Shown piece by piece: positions 18,422 to 27,971 of a DNA stretch of 64,000 bases. A program made the translations under genes and the position numbers. Position 1 is the first letter of the stretch, and every line of letters begins with the position of its first letter. Where the stretch lies: the IMG/VR virus record IMGVR_UViG_3300021420_000030. The stretch is one strand, 5' to 3'. A model generated the notes under the pieces. The model was not told the origin of the DNA and ran no database searches. It worked only from the letters and a program-made list of their open reading frames with translations. This stretch comes from an uncultured virus (IMG/VR IMGVR_UViG_3300021420_000030) (lineage: Duplodnaviria; Heunggongvirae; Uroviricota; Caudoviricetes).

Positions 18422-19695
18422 AACTGATGGTTAACGCAGCGACGTACTGGGCTTCGGCCGAAGAAGTCCAGAAGAAATGCTGGCTCCAGCTGGCGTCTCA
18501 GAAGAAGCACGGAATCGGGGACGATGTCCGGCGGACTTACGGCACGGGTTCCACCTATTACCATGGGGAAGCCAGCATGCGGCTGGATGGCCAGATTGAG
18601 TTTCTGAAACACCATGCGGAGGACTTCACCCATGTGCTCTGTACCGACGCGTGGGATGTGCTGTTCCTGACGGGACTCGATGAAATCATCGCCAAGTACA
18701 AGGCCATGGGCTTGCCGCCATACCTGAGTTCCGGCTCCCGCATCCTGATGAATGTGCCTCCGGCGAATATGCCGGAGGTGGATAGTGCATTTGACCAGAC
18801 GGCGATGTACCGCTATCCGTCACTGGCCATGTATATCGCCGAGATCCCGGAGGTGATTGAGATGTTTTCCCGCATGAAGCGGGACAATAGCCACGACTCG
18901 ACACCGGCCTATATGGCGGCGTGGATGGACGGATGGTTCCGTCATGCGATCGACACCCAATGTGAAATCTTTCAGGACTGGGGAGACAACTGCATTGTGA
19001 AAGACGGACGGCTCTATAACGAAGTGACGGGCACGTATCCCTGTTTGCTCCATGTGGGTGGCTCCTACACCCGGCCCGATATTGGCCGGGATGAACAAAC
19101 CATCGAGTGGGCACGGCAGCTGGGGATCATTGGGCCCGACGAGCAGCACCGGTATCTGGAGAAACAAAAGGTGGGGCTGAATATTGGCTCGGGGCAACTC
19201 CGCTATGAAAGCGTTGCCGAATGCAAGTGGGTTAATGTGGATATTGCTTCACGGCCTCCGGACCAAGTACCGGATCTCCTGTGCGATGTGGGAAAGGAGC
19301 GGCTACCGTTCGACAATGAGTCGGTTGATTACTGTGTGCTCCATCATCTGTGGGAACATTTAGATGCCGACCCAGGCCATGCTTTAGCGGCGGAATGTTA
19401 TCGTGTGCTGAAGCCAGGCGGAAAACTGATCGTCACTGTTCCTGACATGCGGGCCTTGGCTCAACGGTGGATGCTTGGCCAGATTGACGACTACATCTAC
19501 TTTACCAATGTTTACGGGGCCTATCAGGGACTGGAGGGTGACCGACACAAACGTGGCTTTCACCTCAAGTTGTTGATGAAAGATTTGGCCGAGTGTGCAC
19601 CATGGTCCATCATTAAGGCCCATGACTGGAAACCAATCCCCGGCGCAGACATCAAGCGGGACTGGTGGATTTTGGGAGCGGAGGCGGTCAGATAA
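18418..19695 (+). CDS. PLOD-like glycosyltransferase fused to class I SAM methyltransferase
   Basis: CTDAWDV...IDTQCEIFQ...PCLLHVGG, then LNIGSG...HLWEH...RVLKPGG. Confidence 0.75.
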   Translation: MKLMVNAATYWASAEEVQKKCWLQLASQKKHGIGDDVRRTYGTGSTYYHGEASMRLDGQIEFLKHHAEDFTHVLCTDAWDVLFLTGLDEIIAKYKAMGLPPYLSSGSRILMNVPPANMPEVDSAFDQTAMYRYPSLAMYIAEIPEVIEMFSRMKRDNSHDSTPAYMAAWMDGWFRHAIDTQCEIFQDWGDNCIVKDGRLYNEVTGTYPCLLHVGGSYTRPDIGRDEQTIEWARQLGIIGPDEQHRYLEKQKVGLNIGSGQLRYESVAECKWVNVDIASRPPDQVPDLLCDVGKERLPFDNESVDYCVLHHLWEHLDADPGHALAAECYRVLKPGGKLIVTVPDMRALAQRWMLGQIDDYIYFTNVYGAYQGLEGDRHKRGFHLKLLMKDLAECAPWSIIKAHDWKPIPGADIKRDWWILGAEAVR

Positions 19696-19697
19696 TC

Positions 19698-20174
19698 ATG
19701 AAAAGTATTCCATTAACGCAAGGCATGGTCGCCATTGTGGACGATGAAGACTATGACTTGGTGTCTCAATTCAAATGGTTCGCTAAGCGCTGGAAATACG
19801 GGTGGTCAGCCGCACGAAATCTCCCACGGACAATGCATGGCCCAAGAAAGACACAGCGAATGCACCGGCTCATATTAATGGTACCGGAAGGATTTGTTGT
19901 CGACCACCGTGACAGGGATGGCCTGAATAATACTAGGCTTAATCTCAGGCAAGCCACGAAAGGACAGAACAAGATGAACGCGATTAAGGTAATCACTCGA
20001 CGAAGTATTTTTAAGGGAGTGTATCCATCTGGGCCTAGGTGGGCCGCACGGATCGGATCAAATGGCGTAGATCATTTAGGCATCTTTAAGTCAGAGACTG
20101 AAGCGGCCTTGGCTTATAACAAGGCAGCTACCAAACGATACGGCGAGTTTGCTCGCCTTAACGAGGCTGAGTAA
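19698..20174 (+). CDS. HNH endonuclease with AP2 domain
   Basis: MHRLI...VDHRDRDGLNNTRLNLR; FKGV...WAARI...HLG.F...EAALAY. Confidence 0.9.
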   Translation: MKSIPLTQGMVAIVDDEDYDLVSQFKWFAKRWKYGWSAARNLPRTMHGPRKTQRMHRLILMVPEGFVVDHRDRDGLNNTRLNLRQATKGQNKMNAIKVITRRSIFKGVYPSGPRWAARIGSNGVDHLGIFKSETEAALAYNKAATKRYGEFARLNEAE

Positions 20175-20176
20175 TT

Positions 20177-20431
20177 GTGAGATGCCCGTATCGCTGCACC
20201 AACACCGATTTTGGTTATAACGACTGCCTCTCCAGTCCGGGACGGGTACCGGAGGATGGGGACGTGGGCCTCTGTGCCTACTGTGGCGGTTGGTGGACTT
20301 TGGTTGATGGGGAATGCCAGCCCCACATGCCCACGCTGGAACAGATGGAAGATGTGCTGCCGCATATGGCGGAGTCCCGTAAGCGGGCGGCGGCCCATGC
20401 CCAATCGATCGGAAGGAGACTGAAGTCATGA
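20177..20431 (+). CDS. Zn-binding hypothetical protein
   Basis: GAGG RBS, GTG start, CPxxC/CxxC. Confidence 0.55.
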   Translation: MRCPYRCTNTDFGYNDCLSSPGRVPEDGDVGLCAYCGGWWTLVDGECQPHMPTLEQMEDVLPHMAESRKRAAAHAQSIGRRLKS

Positions 20432-20742
20432 GATCCCTGTTACAGGAGGACCTGTTTATGAAACTCTCGTCATTTGGAGAATTCACCGTTGAAGTCGTCC
20501 CGACGGCCACCGATCCCGAGATCATGCATGTGAATATCGGGGCTGCCAACCGTAAAGACGTGGTCTCGATGCAAACCAATAAAGATGAAACCATCGATCA
20601 GTTCTGCACCCGCATCCGCAGTATGCTGCGGGGGCTCGCCAACGGAGAACCCCGGGTGTTACCGGAAGAAGTGATCCCGGAGAAGAAGGCGAAACTCAAA
20701 ACATGGGATGAACAGAAAGCGGAGATGAAGAACCATGGCTGA
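20428..20742 (+). CDS. Hypothetical protein
   Basis: Coupled ORF. Confidence 0.6.
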   Translation: MRSLLQEDLFMKLSSFGEFTVEVVPTATDPEIMHVNIGAANRKDVVSMQTNKDETIDQFCTRIRSMLRGLANGEPRVLPEEVIPEKKAKLKTWDEQKAEMKNHG

Positions 20743-21469
20743 GAACTGGATCGTGATTCCTGTTAGGAATAATAGTCATCTCACCAAGAAAGCGGTAGCC
20801 ACCTTCCGGGCTCAGGATATCGAGGGCGGGGTGAATATCCTGATTCTGGAAAATGCTTCTACGGACGGTACGGCCCAGTGGCTGGCCTCGCAGCCCGATA
20901 TCTGCCGAATGCACTTTGACCCACCCAAGAGCGTGGCCGAAAGCTGGAACCATGGCCTCCGGTTTGTCTTCGATCAGCGGCATGAGGATTACTGCGCGGT
21001 TATTAACAATGACGTTGAGCTTAGGCCTGATTGCCTGAGACATTTGGTCAATGATGGTGGTCTGTTTGTGACAGCGGTGGGGACGCGGGATCCGGAAAAG
21101 ATTAAGCCGCCATATGCCGACCCAGACCCGGAAAAGAAACGGCCGCACCCGGACTTCTCCTGCTACCTGATCCGCCGTGAGGCATGGGAAAAGGTAGGTC
21201 CATTTGATGAGAATTTCAAGATCGCTTTCTGCGAAGATGGGGACTACGATCTCCGGCTCTACAAGGCTGGAATCCGCGCCACCTGCATCGATCTCCCATT
21301 CCTTCACCATGGCTCCATGACCATCAAGAATGCGGAACCTAAAGAGATGAAACGGATTCAGGTACAGGCCGATCTCAACCGGAAGTATTTCGAGAAGAAG
21401 TGGGGCTTTCCGATGGCCTCGGAAGCCTACTACCGGGCCCTCGATAAAGGTGGACCACCGCCCGAATGA
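20735..21469 (+). CDS. Glycosyltransferase family 2
   Basis: IVIPV, ENASTDGT, SWNHG, INNDV, GPFDENF...EDGDY. Confidence 0.9.
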   Translation: MAENWIVIPVRNNSHLTKKAVATFRAQDIEGGVNILILENASTDGTAQWLASQPDICRMHFDPPKSVAESWNHGLRFVFDQRHEDYCAVINNDVELRPDCLRHLVNDGGLFVTAVGTRDPEKIKPPYADPDPEKKRPHPDFSCYLIRREAWEKVGPFDENFKIAFCEDGDYDLRLYKAGIRATCIDLPFLHHGSMTIKNAEPKEMKRIQVQADLNRKYFEKKWGFPMASEAYYRALDKGGPPPE

Positions 21470-22194
21470 CCCATTCTTTCGATACCAAGTATCAGACGAT
21501 GCAGGCGGGCCATGCCGATGCGGCCGAGTGGGATCTCTGCTACCGGGAGCCCGTACGGTTATGGGAACGATTCCTGAAGCCAGGAATGCGGGTCGTGGAT
21601 GCAGGCTGTGGTCCATCCCTTCCTTACCGGAAGAACGGAGCATGGGTGATTGGCATCGATCCCTCCGTCCCCACGCTCTTCAGTAATGCCGACGTGGATG
21701 AACCGATCTTCGCCTCGGCCAGTGCCATCCCGCTTCCGGATCAGTCCATTGACGCCGTGGTGTGTTTCTACTCCATCCACCACATGACCGGGAATACGTG
21801 GGCTGAAACCCGCCAGGAAGTCCTGGGGGCCTTCCGGGAATTCCGCCGGATCCTACGGCCCGGGGGCCGTCTGGCGGTGGTGGAGATGATCCCTTCCCGC
21901 ACGTTTCAATTGGCCCAACGGCTGGGCTGGACTCTGGCCCGCAAGATGATCGGTCCCTCACTCGATATGTGCTTCTGGGATGAAGCGTTCTTTTGGGAAG
22001 CCATGCCGGGACTGTGGATGGAACGGACGGTATTCCCATCGTCACCATGGACCTGGATTCGCCCGGTCCTCTCCTGGCCGTGGCTGAAGATTCCCCGCCT
22101 CCTACACCCCCTCACCCCGATGCTTTTTACATGGACAATGCCAATTCAAGGCAGGCGCACAATCTCCGACTCCAATCTAGCCCATCCCGACTGA
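21466..22194 (+). CDS. Class I SAM-dependent methyltransferase
   Basis: VVDAGCG, GIDPS, IPLPDQSIDAV, RILRPGG. Confidence 0.9.
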   Translation: MTHSFDTKYQTMQAGHADAAEWDLCYREPVRLWERFLKPGMRVVDAGCGPSLPYRKNGAWVIGIDPSVPTLFSNADVDEPIFASASAIPLPDQSIDAVVCFYSIHHMTGNTWAETRQEVLGAFREFRRILRPGGRLAVVEMIPSRTFQLAQRLGWTLARKMIGPSLDMCFWDEAFFWEAMPGLWMERTVFPSSPWTWIRPVLSWPWLKIPRLLHPLTPMLFTWTMPIQGRRTISDSNLAHPD

Positions 22195-22603
22195 ATAGTG
22201 GATTCACGCCGTAGAGGTAGGCTCTCCGCGCTGCAAACTCGGAGGCTATGGTTTTCCCTGCCTGGGTGGCGGCTTGAAGCGTGATGGGGCCAACAATGCC
22301 GTCAGCGGGCACTTTTAACGCATTCTGGAGAAGCCGTATCGCCTGATTTGGTCCCTGATTCACCGCGCAATCCATGACCAGTATGGCGAGCGATGGGGGC
22401 AACTGGGGACAGGAACAACGGACCCAGAAATCTCGAAAATAGATGGAACTGGCCCCATCTTTAGTGAGCGCCCTGATATTCAGGTCTGGGTAGGATCGCT
22501 GGCTGATACCGAAATTGGTTAAGCCCCCAGGATCCGTATCATCCGTCGAGAGCCCCCCCTCCCATTGAAGCACGAAGGTGACGGCGGTGGTGAATGGATC
22601 CAT
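22127..22603 (-). CDS. Endolysin, glycoside hydrolase family 108 with peptidoglycan-binding segment
   Basis: WEGG...DPGGLTNFGIS; DCAVNQG; LQNAL...DGIVGPIT. Confidence 0.9.
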   Translation of the reverse strand: MDPFTTAVTFVLQWEGGLSTDDTDPGGLTNFGISQRSYPDLNIRALTKDGASSIYFRDFWVRCSCPQLPPSLAILVMDCAVNQGPNQAIRLLQNALKVPADGIVGPITLQAATQAGKTIASEFAARRAYLYGVNPLFSRDGLDWSRRLCACLELALSM

Positions 22604-22758
22604 TACCGGGTTACGGGAAACTTTCCGCCTGTGATCGCCTCATGCGTGGCTTTCAATCGGGCCAAATCTGTGCGCAACTGCCAGCAAATGTAGGACATGC
22701 CGACGCCGTAGACCGTGAGGGCCAGGATGACCCAGAATTCCAGAATCGCCCAGATCAT
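22603..22758 (-). CDS. Small membrane protein (holin/spanin candidate)
   Basis: One TM segment, directly upstream of endolysin. Confidence 0.5.
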   Translation of the reverse strand: MIWAILEFWVILALTVYGVGMSYICWQLRTDLARLKATHEAITGGKFPVTR

Positions 22759-23042
22759 CACGCGGCCGGTGGCGCGGCAGGCGTTGATGTCGAGTGTCCG
22801 AAGATGTGCAGTGAATTGAAGATGCTCACCACGAGATCGATCAGGCCTCCGATCGCGGCCACTTGAGGCACGGGAATCGCCTCGGCTACGTGGGAACCCG
22901 CGACAATCGCATCCAAAACTGCTTGTTTTTTCGTGGCTCCCGATGCGGTCGATTGTTCTGCCGCCTGGACCCCCACAATGACGAGCGGGGCGTACTGGGC
23001 AATCTGGGCATCCATTTTGGCAATCGTGTCGGTCATGGTCAT
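22758..23042 (-). CDS. Holin-like protein
   Basis: SGATKKQAVL and a hydrophobic C-terminus; in the lysis cassette. Confidence 0.5.
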   Translation of the reverse strand: MTMTDTIAKMDAQIAQYAPLVIVGVQAAEQSTASGATKKQAVLDAIVAGSHVAEAIPVPQVAAIGGLIDLVVSIFNSLHIFGHSTSTPAAPPAA

Positions 23043-24139
23043 AATTTTCTCTCCAGAATATCGACGGCTCCATCCGGACGTGGAACCATAACGAAGATAC
23101 TCTTTCCAACATAGGAAGAATAATCAATTCGAGTATCTGTAGATGGCAGTGGCGCTGGCGGTGTGGGTACCGGAACCGTGGCACTCAAATCAATCATCCA
23201 CGCATCGCAGGCGTTCAGGTCCGTGACATCGCCGAAGTTGGAACAGCCAGCCAGTTTCGAGCCATCACGCGACAGCGCCGCCTTCACCTGCGAGTTGTAG
23301 CCCGCATAGATCGAGCCGGTATCACAAATCAACTCCGGTGGAAGCGCCAGATCAAAGTACACCTTCCAACATTGGGACGGCAGATCCTTCGTCGGGCAGT
23401 CGAGACTGACTACCGCCCACGGCTGATCGCAACATGACACGTGGAATGCATAACGCCAGTCGAATGTCGTGAGCACGGTTTCTGTCCCGCTGTCAAGGTC
23501 AATCATGACCACAGCGTTCTTGTTCAGCACCGGATCGTTTGACGAACACCAGAGCAGGACAGGCTTTCCGTTGTAGAGGCCAGGTGCAGCATGTCCATCG
23601 GCAGCGGCAACCTTGCGCGGTGCTTGTTCCAGCACGTAGATGCCATCGGCACGGGAGAGAATCGCGCGGTTCCTGGAATCGATTTTCAATCCGTCGAAGA
23701 GTTCCGTCTGCACCGAAAGCGGTCCCTTGGTCGCGCTGGAAATCTGGTAGACAAAGACTTCCTGAATCGTGTCGGGCCGCGTGCCGCAAAGGACAAGGTG
23801 ATCCGTGTCGAGAGAAATATCGCTCTCGCCCTTACCAGAGATTGCCGTGTATTCGGGAAAGATGTGCTGGTAGAGCACACTCCCGGTCAAGATGAAATAT
23901 AGTTTCAGGGCATTCCCGTCAAGGAAGGCAATCACGTCGTTCGCCGTCCAGCGCGGCTCCTGGCTCGCGCTAATGGGCAGGTCGCGAATGAACGCTCCGG
24001 TTGCGCCATCGAGCAAGCGAAAGTGATCGACGGCGACAACAAGAAGCTTTGAGTTGTCGGGCGAAAACGGGGACATGCTCGAATATTCATTTCCACACCA
24101 CTGCGGCGGGATGCTGAATGTTATACGTGTCGGCGTCAT
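23039..24139 (-). CDS. Beta-propeller protein (TolB/PD40-like)
   Basis: PFSPDNSKL, EPRW, LSRDGSKL repeats. Confidence 0.6.
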   Translation of the reverse strand: MTPTRITFSIPPQWCGNEYSSMSPFSPDNSKLLVVAVDHFRLLDGATGAFIRDLPISASQEPRWTANDVIAFLDGNALKLYFILTGSVLYQHIFPEYTAISGKGESDISLDTDHLVLCGTRPDTIQEVFVYQISSATKGPLSVQTELFDGLKIDSRNRAILSRADGIYVLEQAPRKVAAADGHAAPGLYNGKPVLLWCSSNDPVLNKNAVVMIDLDSGTETVLTTFDWRYAFHVSCCDQPWAVVSLDCPTKDLPSQCWKVYFDLALPPELICDTGSIYAGYNSQVKAALSRDGSKLAGCSNFGDVTDLNACDAWMIDLSATVPVPTPPAPLPSTDTRIDYSSYVGKSIFVMVPRPDGAVDILERKL

Positions 24140-24759
24140 TGGCCAACCCAGGCTTGAGTCACCACTAACTCACCCGTCACGAGATCCCGGAAGCCCATGC
24201 GCCCGGTCGTCAGATCGAACGCATGATGCCGCTGATAGACGGGAACCGCAGGCCAGACCTCGCCGTCCGCCCGCTGGTTCCACACTTCCAGGTGCGTGAT
24301 CCGGCCAAACGACACTTCCCATGAATTCGTGTAATCGAGATCCCCGGCCCCGGTATTGCCTTTATCATCGAACCACGACCACCTTCCTGCGGAATGCACG
24401 CTGCCCACGTCCCCGATATTCAGTAACGTCGGAATCATCGGGCACGGCGAGGCGTAATCCTGCTCCCCAAATTGGTGCCATGGATCATTTGCGGTCGGCC
24501 GGTTCAGGCTCCGGTCGCTCACCGGACAGATGTAGTCGATGCCGTTCACATTCAGCACTTCATAGACGTCCATGTTGGAGTAGGTCGATGGCTCGTCTTC
24601 TTCAAACATCAGGTAGAGCGTGCGCGGGCCTTTCACCGGGTCCTGGTAGATCACCTGTCCTTCGTTCATCCGGCAGGTGAAGCCGCCCGTAATGTGATCT
24701 TCCAGCAGGTATGGGCCGGTGTCCAGATGCGCGAAGTAGGGGTGACTTGTGATGTTCAC
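24136..24759 (-). CDS. Hypothetical protein
   Basis: Coupled ORF. Confidence 0.65.
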   Translation of the reverse strand: MNITSHPYFAHLDTGPYLLEDHITGGFTCRMNEGQVIYQDPVKGPRTLYLMFEEDEPSTYSNMDVYEVLNVNGIDYICPVSDRSLNRPTANDPWHQFGEQDYASPCPMIPTLLNIGDVGSVHSAGRWSWFDDKGNTGAGDLDYTNSWEVSFGRITHLEVWNQRADGEVWPAVPVYQRHHAFDLTTGRMGFRDLVTGELVVTQAWVGQ

Positions 24760-24967
24760 GCAGCAACGGCCAGAAGCCGCTTCTTCGGTTTAAGGGGCAA
24801 CGGCGGCGTCATTGCAATCCGCAACACGTCGGCGCCCGACTGCCAGAAGCACAGTTTGTCGATCTCCGCCTGCAGCTCGGCAATGCGCTGCTCATTGTCG
24901 GCGATCCTGCGGCGTAGCCATTCCTGGCGTTCCCAATGCAAGCGCCAGCCATTCATCGGTCCCATAG

Positions 24968-25318
24968 TCAGAAGGTGTCGTCGTTGAGCCTGGCGTGGGC
25001 TTTCTGCATGATCCGCCGGTATTGTACCGGAGATTCCAGCCGCCACTGGGTCAGGATGCCGCTCAGCCGTTCATCGGCTTCGGTACGCGTCACAAAGTGA
25101 CTGTGGGCGTCCATGATCGAGTTACCGGCTTTGTCGGCCTCGGCCCGCTTTTCGGCAAAGAGGTTCATGTCGGGGGCAATCAGGATACGGCCAATATGGT
25201 ACTGGTCCGGAGGCTTTGGGCCTGCGGGTTGACTAAACGGCGTCTGCGCCTGAAGGATCAAGTGACACGCGCCGACAATCACAACCACGAGGACAAGAAA
25301 CGATAGTAGTTTAAGCAT
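24968..25318 (-). CDS. Membrane-anchored hypothetical protein
   Basis: Hydrophobic N-terminus, GGAG RBS. Confidence 0.55.
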   Translation of the reverse strand: MLKLLSFLVLVVVIVGACHLILQAQTPFSQPAGPKPPDQYHIGRILIAPDMNLFAEKRAEADKAGNSIMDAHSHFVTRTEADERLSGILTQWRLESPVQYRRIMQKAHARLNDDTF

Positions 25319-25535
25319 ATTTCTCCAACCAGACGGAACCTTCAGGAATCGCACTCGCCGCGAGGCGCAGAATCCAATCCTCGGTTAAGAGGAAATGCCG
25401 GTCCCGCAGCTCCGAAGCCACGGCCAGCAATGGTCCCGCATCGACGACCTTACCTGCGCCGATCTTGGTCACGAGCATGAACAGCTGCTTGGCGGTAAAT
25501 CCCGCTAAGCCGAACTGGATAACTTTCGCGACCAT
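25311..25535 (-). CDS. Hypothetical protein
   Basis: Fills the operon. Confidence 0.5.
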   Translation of the reverse strand: MVAKVIQFGLAGFTAKQLFMLVTKIGAGKVVDAGPLLAVASELRDRHFLLTEDWILRLAASAIPEGSVWLEKYA

Positions 25536-25538
25536 ACA

Positions 25539-25757
25539 TCATCGGTGCGGAAACGCGCCCTCATTCATGATGTTGCCCAGCGAGATTCCAAAGAAACCCA
25601 AGAACCAGAACAGGACGTAGACCACAACGGCCACGAGGGCAACCACATTAAAAAGCTTCAGCATTGGGGGCCACATGTACGGCGCAGCCAATGTATTCAC
25701 TGCCCACATGAGGACGCCAACGACAATTAAGACAACGAGAAGAACGATCAGCGGCAT
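25539..25757 (-). CDS. Two-TM small membrane protein
   Basis: Two hydrophobic helices. Confidence 0.7.
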   Translation of the reverse strand: MPLIVLLVVLIVVGVLMWAVNTLAAPYMWPPMLKLFNVVALVAVVVYVLFWFLGFFGISLGNIMNEGAFPHR

Positions 25758-26070
25758 CTCAGGCCACCCAACCCTGAGCAGGCGGTTTCACTGGGCCGGG
25801 ATGCTGCGGCTTCGGGACAGGTACTTCCATGGGCTGCGGGACGGGACTTGCAGGCTTTGGTTTCTGAGCATCAGGCTTCATGACGGTTTCTCCTTTTTGC
25901 AGGCGGTATGCGCGTGTACAAATGCCTTCACTTTAGCCTTGTATTCCGCCGTCGTCTGTCCCTTCCGATACACAATCCCCTTTTTACAAATGGTGCAGGT
26001 GTGCTTCAGGTCTGTGTTTTCAACCCGAATCCACCATGGATAGCCGTACATGGACTTCGATCCCGGCATA

Positions 26071-26616
26071 TCAATCGTCGGAAACGCGCCGTGTGGCTTC
26101 GATGGTCACGAGCTTAAACAACTGCGGCTTGCCTTCCATCGCCAACGCCTCGGCTTTTGCCCGTCGAATGACAATCGGCAGGATATGCGCCGCATCCCGT
26201 TCCGAATCACTGATCTCGCCGTCCAGAGTGCGTTCCCGTTCCAGCAGCAGGACGCCCAATTCCGTTTCTTCCGCCAGCGACAGCGAGGATGGCGGCCCCA
26301 GGCGGTTCATCAGATCATCCATACGCGGCGTATGAAAGTGGGTGAGTTCTTTAATCAGAATCGCCTGAAACGCTGTACTGATCGGCACCACCGCCTGCGA
26401 CAACACGGACAGTTTCATCTCTAAATCCACAATCCGCGCCACCAGACGCTCATGTTCCCGCAACGCACTATCGATAATCGCCTGCTTGCGATCCGCTTCC
26501 CTCAGATCCGCCTGCCGTTGCGTATCCCGGCGAAACCAGTAGAGCGCCGCTATCCAGGACAACAACGCACCCACCAGCAATGTCCCGACCGATATGAATA
26601 GCGATCCCATACGCAA
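26071..26616 (-). CDS. Membrane-anchored coiled-coil protein
   Basis: N-terminal TM then coiled coil. Confidence 0.65.
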   Translation of the reverse strand: MRMGSLFISVGTLLVGALLSWIAALYWFRRDTQRQADLREADRKQAIIDSALREHERLVARIVDLEMKLSVLSQAVVPISTAFQAILIKELTHFHTPRMDDLMNRLGPPSSLSLAEETELGVLLLERERTLDGEISDSERDAAHILPIVIRRAKAEALAMEGKPQLFKLVTIEATRRVSDD

Positions 26617-26625
26617 CTGCTGCGA

Positions 26626-26787
26626 CTACCTAGAAATATTTTTTCCGCGTCCGGAGAGAAGCTTACGCGCTTTCTTTGCCGCCTTCAGGTGATCTTTAGC
26701 ATGACCCTCATTAAACTTGACGCGCTCCTTCAGATGGCGCTTCGATAGCTTCAGGTCTTCCTTTGTCTTCGGCAAAAGATCGCTCAT
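26626..26787 (-). CDS. Small basic protein (MSDLLPKTKEDLK...)
   Basis: 53 aa, Lys/His-rich, ATGA overlap. Confidence 0.55.
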   Translation of the reverse strand: MSDLLPKTKEDLKLSKRHLKERVKFNEGHAKDHLKAAKKARKLLSGRGKNISR

Positions 26788-27971
26788 TTCTTTCCCCTCT
26801 TCGGCGGCGTCGGCGGGGCCGGAGGCTTGGGCGGCTCCGCTGGTGTCTCTGCTGCCGTCCGCCCTGCCGTCCCACGATCCTGGAGATACTGGTTGATATG
26901 TGCGTCCCGTTCCGCATCCGTCGCTTTTCGGAATAATCCAGTCTTGGGATCTCGGACCGATATATGAACCTTGATCCCCGTTGCCGTCTGCTCTCCACTG
27001 GCCGGGATACCACCCTCCTCTCCTAAGTTCATACCGCCCATCGTCCCTGTGGGTGCCGTTGGTCCTGGTGTATTGGCGTATCTGGCGGGTAACCTAGGAT
27101 CTGGAGTCACCGGAGATTCTGTGCCTGGGGGCAGTACCGCTCCGGGTGCGGCATTCAGTTGTCGTGGCGGTGTGGGTCCCGGCGGCAACTGCACCTGCCC
27201 ATTGCGCGATCCGGAAATCTGCCCCTGCGGATTTCCTGTCTGGTAGAAGGTGCTATCGGGCCCCAGTTGGCCTTGGCCCGGAGGCGGCTGTTGCACGTTT
27301 CCCGTAATCCCTGGAGGGGCATTGGGTGGGTTGACACCCCGAACAGTCCTCACAAAAGCCTGACCACCGCCGGGGAGCTGTGGAACGGTACGCATCCCCG
27401 CCCCGGCTGCACCACCGCCAGCACCTGGAGGAGGCGTCGGTATATTATTCTGCCACCATGCCCTTACGGCCTGCGGAGCGCCTTTTAGCCACTGAGACAC
27501 CTTGGCCGTAGCAGGAGTGAGCAATGCCGCCGTAATCCCGGTGCCGAGCATCGTGGAGGGGTCTCCACCAGAATGCGCCCCCGCCAGACCTGCTGCCGCG
27601 AGACCCTGAGACAGCATGGTAAACGGAACCTTGTTTCCAAGCATGGCGTATTCCAGCATATGTTCCGTTCCCGCGCCCACCTTCTGCTGGTAGTTGGATG
27701 GCTCGATGTAACTCTTGGAATATGGTATCGATGGCAGGTCGTTCATGAATGGCATGTAACGACGGATCATTTGGCCGCCACCGGCTACCGTCTCACCCAG
27801 TCCCTTGGCAAAGCCAACGCCATAATTCGCAGCAAGGCTTCCAAGTTCCGGAAAATCCCATGTGGACTTCGGTCCCGTATCCGGTCCAATCGTGGACTGG
27901 TCACTGGCAGGACCGGAGGCATCCACGGTTCCTTCAGGAGGCGGCGGTAAGGGTATTTTCTTCTGCGGCAT
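26784..27971 (-). CDS. Pro/Gly-rich putative internal virion (ejection) protein
   Basis: Position after tail genes; composition. Confidence 0.55.
   Translation of the reverse strand: MPQKKIPLPPPPEGTVDASGPASDQSTIGPDTGPKSTWDFPELGSLAANYGVGFAKGLGETVAGGGQMIRRYMPFMNDLPSIPYSKSYIEPSNYQQKVGAGTEHMLEYAMLGNKVPFTMLSQGLAAAGLAGAHSGGDPSTMLGTGITAALLTPATAKVSQWLKGAPQAVRAWWQNNIPTPPPGAGGGAAGAGMRTVPQLPGGGQAFVRTVRGVNPPNAPPGITGNVQQPPPGQGQLGPDSTFYQTGNPQGQISGSRNGQVQLPPGPTPPRQLNAAPGAVLPPGTESPVTPDPRLPARYANTPGPTAPTGTMGGMNLGEEGGIPASGEQTATGIKVHISVRDPKTGLFRKATDAERDAHINQYLQDRGTAGRTAAETPAEPPKPPAPPTPPKRGKK

Noticed and set aside
22127..22194. 68-nt overlap of convergent methyltransferase and endolysin 3' ends
   Set aside because: Ordinary junction of two convergent operons; no further signal seen
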